Source: Candidatus Sericytochromatia bacterium
Lineage (GTDB): Bacteria; Cyanobacteriota; Sericytochromatia; S15B-MN24; JAQBPE01
Direction of reading: 5' to 3'
DNA: 44,992 nt
Assembly: GCA_040400605.1 (NCBI GenBank)
Contig: JBBAPZ010000023.1
Span: 1-44,992, forward strand
The translations under genes were made by a program, and so were the position numbers. This document shows, piece by piece, positions 40,095-44,992 of this stretch. Position 1 is the stretch's first letter. Every line of letters starts with the position of its first letter. Under the pieces are notes generated by a model. The model was not told where the DNA came from and searched no databases. It saw only the letters and a list, made by a program, of their open reading frames with translations.

Positions 40095-40407
40095 ACAGTG
40101 ACACGCGGGTTACGGTTCAAAACCTGCATGGCAAAAGCAAACCATCAGGCCCTGGCTCGTTTTTTTGAACAACAACTAAAATTTGATCACCAATCAACGC
40201 GCGTCTATCGGTCAAGAATGGCGCAGCAAGCACAAGCGGTGGGTCGAATGTGGCGTTACGCCAACATGGCTGTGCTGTTGGCCATTCGGGATATGGTCTG
40301 TTGCGCTTGCTGCCATTCGATTACTTCTGTAGACCGACGAATGATGAGTCTATCGCGATGGGTTGCTTCAGTCGACACGGATGGCTGTTTGGCGGTTAAC
40401 GTCGTGG

Positions 40408-40611
40408 TCAGTTGCTGACCTGCGCCCAGTCGCTTTGTGCGCGGCGCTCATGACACGCTGCTACCACCTGCGCGCGTTGCGATTGGCTCATCAGGATCCA
40501 ACCCCCGATTTCATCAAGTGTCCGATAACACCCGGTACACAGGCAGCGCTGGCGATCCACGATGCACCATTTGATGCACGGTGAAGGCACTTCGGATTGT
40601 GTTTCAGACAT
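40408..40611 (-). CDS. DUF1289 family Cys-rich protein
   Basis: SPCIKWC-x7-CTGCYRTLDEI..W motif. Confidence 0.88.
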   Translation of the reverse strand: MSETQSEVPSPCIKWCIVDRQRCLCTGCYRTLDEIGGWILMSQSQRAQVVAACHERRAQSDWAQVSN

Positions 40612-40988
40612 TGTTACCCTCCATCGCCCCGCAGACCATTGTAAAAACAAACAAGTCTCCTGTCATCCCTGCGCATGGAAAACCCGTTGCCCGTCGCGCA
40701 AAATACAGGTGCGGCAGGTGGTGTTCGGCCCATGCACCGTGCAGTGCGCACGCATCATCAGTCAGGTTACCAGCCATCCGTTTCGCTGGTTGTTTGTTAA
40801 TTGTCAGCACATTCCGCGGCCGGTGGCGGCACGATTTGGTTCATTTTTCGTCATGGTGTTGTCGCAGTGCGCTGGTCTGATCAGCGAAGTTGATGGTTCC
40901 GTCAGGTTATCGATGGTATCGAAATCAAAAAGCTGCGGAACGGGTACAAGGGGTAAACAAACGCGGCTCGCCGCCAGAACTGAAAGGA

Positions 40989-41243
40989 ATGACCATGGCA
41001 TACACACTGACACTGCACGAGCGTCAACTCGACTTGATTCGAGACTTGCTTGAGGAGCGCCTGGAGGATGTCGAAAATGACATCGAGCACTACAATGAGC
41101 ACCCGGAAGAGCTGAACAGTGGCGTTGAGGCCGGTGAAGAACCGGTTTCAATCGAGGATTATGAGCATTATCGGGATGAGATACAGTCGTTGCTGTCGCT
41201 GATTCCGGATACATCGGAGGAATCAGAGGAAGAGGAGGCATAA
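40989..41243 (+). CDS. Small, highly acidic hypothetical protein
   Basis: AAAGGA RBS precedes ATG 40989/40995. The product is a Glu/Asp-rich helical peptide. Confidence 0.65.
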   Translation: MTMAYTLTLHERQLDLIRDLLEERLEDVENDIEHYNEHPEELNSGVEAGEEPVSIEDYEHYRDEIQSLLSLIPDTSEESEEEEA

Positions 41244-42700
41244 ACAGCGGCTTCGAACAGTCGCTGCCACGGAAAGTGCGTTGAAAAGCTGAATGGGCGA
41301 TCGCCAAAGTGCGTCGCCCACGCAGCCGTCAGAGCGCCCTGAAGGGTGTCAGCGAGTTCGCCAATCCCAAGTCCTTGCTTGGATAGCGTCTGCAATTCAG
41401 GTCGCAGCACGCTTTGATACAACCAATCCTCAGCCAGGCGTTCCGCCAGAAGGGTTGTGATCGCATCATCTTGCGCTTGCGGATGGGTGGCACACGACAG
41501 TGCCGCAACCAACGTACCGAAGGTATTGCCTGCCGTGTTCCAGGCAGCAAACGCCTTGAGGCGCCAGGTATCCACGCGCTGTACCAGCTCAGGCATCAGG
41601 CGGGGATCAGCGCCATTGGCGTAGGCAACGTCTGCCAATCCAACCAGCTTACCGGCGCCGAGGGCCATCTCAAGGGTTAGTAGCAGTGGTTCGAAGTTGC
41701 GCAAGGGGGTATCCGGCGCGTCAAGGTTCAGGCGGAGCGCCAAATCGCCTTGCGCCGAGGCCGGGGTGTTGACGACAATCAAGGCGTCGGCAGCTGCTTC
41801 ATCACCAATCTCTTTGCAGCCGGCCGCACGGATTTGGCCGCGCAGGGTCTGCCATAAGGGGCGATCCTCATACATCGCTTGAATGCGTTTGCCATCCAGT
41901 GGGTGCCAGCTCACGGCAATTGTGGGGGTTTTTTGATCCAGATGGTTGATGGCACGGGCGACCAGCACGGCGGCGACTTCATCCGCGCCGGGGTAGATGA
42001 ACACGCGATCCTCCAGCCGGGTGGTGGTTACCATCTGTTGCAACTGTTGCTGCTCTTCGACATTGAAGCCAAAGGAACTGGTGTCGTCTTGCGTCAGCAT
42101 GAGGCTGGTAAAGAGTCCGGAACCGGCCCATTTGACCATTGTTTGATTCAGTGAAAAATTACGCTCACGGGTTTGCAGATAGTCATCGAGGATCGCATCT
42201 GGAATCTGGCGGCGGGCTTCGGCGGCGATCGCCCGATCGGCTTCATCCGCCGTGGTCTTGTGACGATGCTGATAAAAACTGTAACGAAAAATCAGTTTGC
42301 CGTAACGATCCCAATACGACTTTTCTTCTTCATTCACATCCGAGTCGGATAAGCGCATCGTCACGCTAAACGCGTGAATTGGCAGGTGTGGATGGGCCTG
42401 CTTCAACTGCAAAATCGGTTGCAAACATTGGACCAATTCAGAAAAACCATCCGTCGAACGACGCGAGGGAATGAGACCGCCATACGCCAGGGTGTCAAGG
42501 GCGACCACCACGGCGTCAACCCGAGGAGCGACATCGAGCAGCCACGCGCCCAAAGCCTGCCGGTCCGCCTGTTGCGTGAGATTGCCGAGCAATTCACGCG
42601 GTGGAAGCAGTACCCGCGCGCCTGCGATCGCACCCACGCGAGCAGGAATGTCATACGTGCAAGGGCGATCGTCCAAGGGCAGCACAGCCAGGCTTCGCAT
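41168..42700 (-). CDS. DUF4127 family protein
   Basis: LPLDDRP, DTLAYGGLIPSR, QDD, YPGADE, ADVAYANG.D and AWNTAGN..G. Confidence 0.88.
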   Translation of the reverse strand: MRSLAVLPLDDRPCTYDIPARVGAIAGARVLLPPRELLGNLTQQADRQALGAWLLDVAPRVDAVVVALDTLAYGGLIPSRRSTDGFSELVQCLQPILQLKQAHPHLPIHAFSVTMRLSDSDVNEEEKSYWDRYGKLIFRYSFYQHRHKTTADEADRAIAAEARRQIPDAILDDYLQTRERNFSLNQTMVKWAGSGLFTSLMLTQDDTSSFGFNVEEQQQLQQMVTTTRLEDRVFIYPGADEVAAVLVARAINHLDQKTPTIAVSWHPLDGKRIQAMYEDRPLWQTLRGQIRAAGCKEIGDEAAADALIVVNTPASAQGDLALRLNLDAPDTPLRNFEPLLLTLEMALGAGKLVGLADVAYANGADPRLMPELVQRVDTWRLKAFAAWNTAGNTFGTLVAALSCATHPQAQDDAITTLLAERLAEDWLYQSVLRPELQTLSKQGLGIGELADTLQGALTAAWATHFGDRPFSFSTHFPWQRLFEAAVYASSSSDSSDVSGISDSNDCISSR

Positions 42701-42909
42701 CAAAAACTCCCTTCCCGCAAGCGCTAAGCTGCCACATGGGTTTCTGTTCAAAACTTTTATAGCAAACTCAAAAACTTCAGGCACTCACGCGCTGTGATTC
42801 AACAACAGCCAAAACCTGCTAACCAATCAATACTTATCTGTACAATTATGCCTGTACCATGGGTTTGGCACAACGACACCGTTTCATTGACACTCTGCAA
42901 AAACATTAT

Positions 42910-43803
42910 TTAAAACTGAATCAACAAGATTGCATTGGATGACAGGCGTTTGTCCGCCAGTGCGCGCGTCAGCGTGCGGGTGGCAGGTTGACTCAGCGTG
43001 AGGTCAGCGCGTAATGCGCCTTTGGTGCCACTCGCTTTCAAAACCAATGGATTGAGGCCCGCATCGACATCCATATCCGCTCCCGCACGCAGATACTTGG
43101 CACCCACGTTTGGCAGCGCGAGCGTCTTGCCGTCCGCGCCAATCAGGTTGGGGCGCAAAGCCGCCTGCGCTCCCAAGCCTGACGCCTCAACAATCACCGC
43201 GGAATATTGTGTGAGGTCAACGACGGCGGGTGTTGCGGACACAACAGGCGCAGCGGAAGCCGGTGTTGAAGAGGTGTCGGCACCTGTTGGGGGCGGATCA
43301 GGTGTGGGCGCAGGCTCCGGGTTGAATAGGTCGGCAAGACTGGCTGGCCCGACCAACCGAAGACGCAACTCGAATTCAGAGCCGCCGTCGGGCCACCGAT
43401 TCAGCGTGCCGGCCTCCGCACCCTCCAATATCTTTAGCAAGGCGGCTTGATGGGCTTCGTTTTCCAGCAAGTAATCTTTCAGGCGACGATTCGAGTCCAG
43501 CCTGATGTTATCCACAGCTTCAAATAACGCGCGCTTGGCATCCTGTTTGGCAGCTTTGTCGGCAGCATCGCGTCGATGGCTGGCAGGTCCGCGATCGCCC
43601 GGTGACCCATAACCCGTAACACTCAATACACCCGTGCACCAGTCGATGCGCGATCGCTCACCTTCCTCGATGTACGAAACCGGCGACGTGCTCATCGCGC
43701 GCACGCCCTGTCCGGGGGCGTCCGTAGCCGGCGCGGCGACACCCACCTGCGTGAGCGCAAGTGCCCAGACCAACAATGACATTGTTAAAATTTTCGGCGC
43801 CAT
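42910..43803 (-). CDS. Exported protein with LPP20-like N-terminal domain
   Basis: Signal peptide. IDW..G...VTGYG...AA..AA..DA.R.L.E.V..IRLDS, and C-terminal YSAVIVEASGL ... GLNPLVLKA. Confidence 0.6.
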   Translation of the reverse strand: MAPKILTMSLLVWALALTQVGVAAPATDAPGQGVRAMSTSPVSYIEEGERSRIDWCTGVLSVTGYGSPGDRGPASHRRDAADKAAKQDAKRALFEAVDNIRLDSNRRLKDYLLENEAHQAALLKILEGAEAGTLNRWPDGGSEFELRLRLVGPASLADLFNPEPAPTPDPPPTGADTSSTPASAAPVVSATPAVVDLTQYSAVIVEASGLGAQAALRPNLIGADGKTLALPNVGAKYLRAGADMDVDAGLNPLVLKASGTKGALRADLTLSQPATRTLTRALADKRLSSNAILLIQF

Positions 43804-44029
43804 GCATCCTCCCAGCCATCGCTAGAACCTAGTTTTATACCACACGCCGCCGCCGTTGTTCGACTGACAAAAACCTCGGAGGGGTCGCCGAACCAAAACG
43901 TGATTGGGCGGGTGCGTGCACAGAAGCCAAAACCTGTTGGTGTCACTCACCCGAAGCGAACGACACCCGTTATAATCAATCGTTGTCAGAAAAGAATGAT
44001 CGCAATGAAGCGGTTAGTGAGGAGAGAGC

Positions 44030-44497
44030 ATGACACCTGTGTTGGATCGTCTGTCGTCACTGGGTATTGCGTTGCCCGAGGCTCCGAAGGCGGTGGCGAA
44101 TTATTTGCCTGCGGTTGTGGCCGGGGATTTGGTCATCGTGTCAGGACAATTGCCGCTCAAAGAGGGCCAATTGTGTTCGACCGGTAAACTGGGTGCAACC
44201 GTCAGCATCGAGGAGGGCTACCAGGCTGCGCGTCAGTGTGCAATCAATGCGTTGGCAGCACTGAATGGCGTTATCAACGGGGAGTGGGGTCGCGTCGCAC
44301 AGGTCGTGCGGGTGGGTGGTTTCGTGGCTTCGGCTGAGGGTTTCACGGATCAACCCAAGGTCATCAACGGTTCTTCGGATCTCATGGTAGAGGTTTTCCA
44401 GGACGCGGGTCGCCATGCGCGCGCAGCCGTGGGTGTTGCCGAATTGCCTTTGGGCGCGAGTGTCGAAGTCGAATTCATGTTTCGCTTGCACGCCTGA
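44030..44497 (+). CDS. RidA/YjgF superfamily protein
   Basis: ANYLP, VSGQLP, NG.SDL..EVF...GRHARAAVG..LP and VEVE. Confidence 0.92.
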   Translation: MTPVLDRLSSLGIALPEAPKAVANYLPAVVAGDLVIVSGQLPLKEGQLCSTGKLGATVSIEEGYQAARQCAINALAALNGVINGEWGRVAQVVRVGGFVASAEGFTDQPKVINGSSDLMVEVFQDAGRHARAAVGVAELPLGASVEVEFMFRLHA

Positions 44498-44541
44498 ACC
44501 CAACACCCGGGCTTGGTGCAGGGTTACCCCACACAGTTGAT

Positions 44542-44569
44542 GGCGTGTCGAAACGGCCTTCGACACGCC
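44542..44569. terminator. Hairpin downstream of the RidA gene
   Basis: GGCGTGTCGAA-acggcc-TTCGACACGCC, a perfect 11-bp stem. Confidence 0.5.
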
Positions 44570-44720
44570 GTGACATTTTGACACTCCCCACGGCTAAAGC
44601 CGAGGGATTCTCGTTTCGCAGGAGCCGCCATTGCTAAGCCCCTCCACGAGCAAGAACGGCGAGCCCCGCCGCCCTGATGTTTAGACTGGCGTTTCAGTCC
44701 CGATCCAAGACCGTCCCACA
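44560..44720 (-). ncRNA. Putative omegaRNA (reRNA) of TnpB; scaffold ends at TCAA and guide lies in the flank
   Basis: Inferred from the established TnpB architecture and the visible right end at 44578. The 5' boundary is uncertain. Confidence 0.5.
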
Positions 44721-44992
44721 GCCGGGACACGCATAGGTGCGTACTGACAGCGTCATGGGCTTCTTCTCGCCGCAGCACGAACACACCTGGCTGGTTGCCA
44801 GGAAGCGTCCGATCTGGACGAAATGCTTGCCCGCCCACAGGGCCTTGTACCGGAGCATGTCGAAGAACAGCCCCCAGCCCACGTCTGATATGGCGCGGGA
44901 CAGGTGACGGTTCTTGACCATGCCCTTGATCTGCAAGTCCTCCACCGCAATCACGTCGTGGTTCTTGACGATGGCGGTGGATACCTTGTGGG
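44578..44992 (-). mobile_element. IS200/IS605-family element, right end (truncated by the window)
   Basis: The minus strand reads GAATCCCTCGGCTTTAGCCGTGGGGAGTG-TCAA, a subterminal hairpin plus TCAA end, following the tnpB 3' end. Confidence 0.88.
44634..44992 (-). pseudogene. tnpB: TnpB 3' portion with in-frame TGA
   Basis: HKVST...IAVEDL (RuvC-II), TSQVCSCCG...YACPGCG and LDRD-TGA-NASLNIRAAG...TAG. The stop at 44694-96 interrupts the DRDxNAxxNI motif. Confidence 0.85.

Noticed and set aside
44694..44696. TGA recoding (alternative genetic code) in tnpB
   Set aside because: mutM, scoA, ggt and ridA all end at TGA at their expected C-termini, so TGA is a stop in this genome.
1..44992. CRISPR array, prophage or integrase-bounded island
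   Set aside because: I saw no regularly spaced direct repeats, cas genes, phage structural genes or integrases.

Overview
This is a GC-rich bacterial chromosomal window with about 36 protein genes. I found no rRNA, tRNA or CRISPR array. The gene content (DUF503, DUF4127, a WhiG/FliA-type sigma, a SWIM-SNF2 pair, an outer-membrane porin and many lipoproteins) suggests a diderm Terrabacteria lineage such as the non-photosynthetic Cyanobacteriota relatives; this is inference only. Recognisable genes are mutM, rocD, tgt with the queuosine-salvage hydrolase qng1, a sigma-28, an endonuclease I, a PMM/PGM, a CopA-type ATPase, a UvrD/PcrA helicase, a papain protease, SWIM+SNF2, a Zur-type metal-uptake trio, scoAB, ggt and a RidA-superfamily protein. 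The window ends in the 3' end of an IS200/IS605 element whose tnpB carries a nonsense codon. The observations most worth following up are: (1) a qng1-tgt operon whose Tgt has GGSLG in place of GGL[AS]VGE, suggesting direct queuine salvage; (2) a lipid-anchored discoidin + lysyl-oxidase protein with intact Cu/LTQ residues; (3) a kb-scale G+T/C+A strand skew that flips at AT-rich intergenic regions and again inside genes; (4) a UvrD with an N-terminal beta-clamp-like motif and a small upstream gene; (5) an unannotated lipoprotein with a cryptic Cys-His-Asp peptidase domain; (6) nine lipoproteins, several preceded by a TTAA-N7-TTAA motif. All family calls come from reading motifs by eye; no searches were run.
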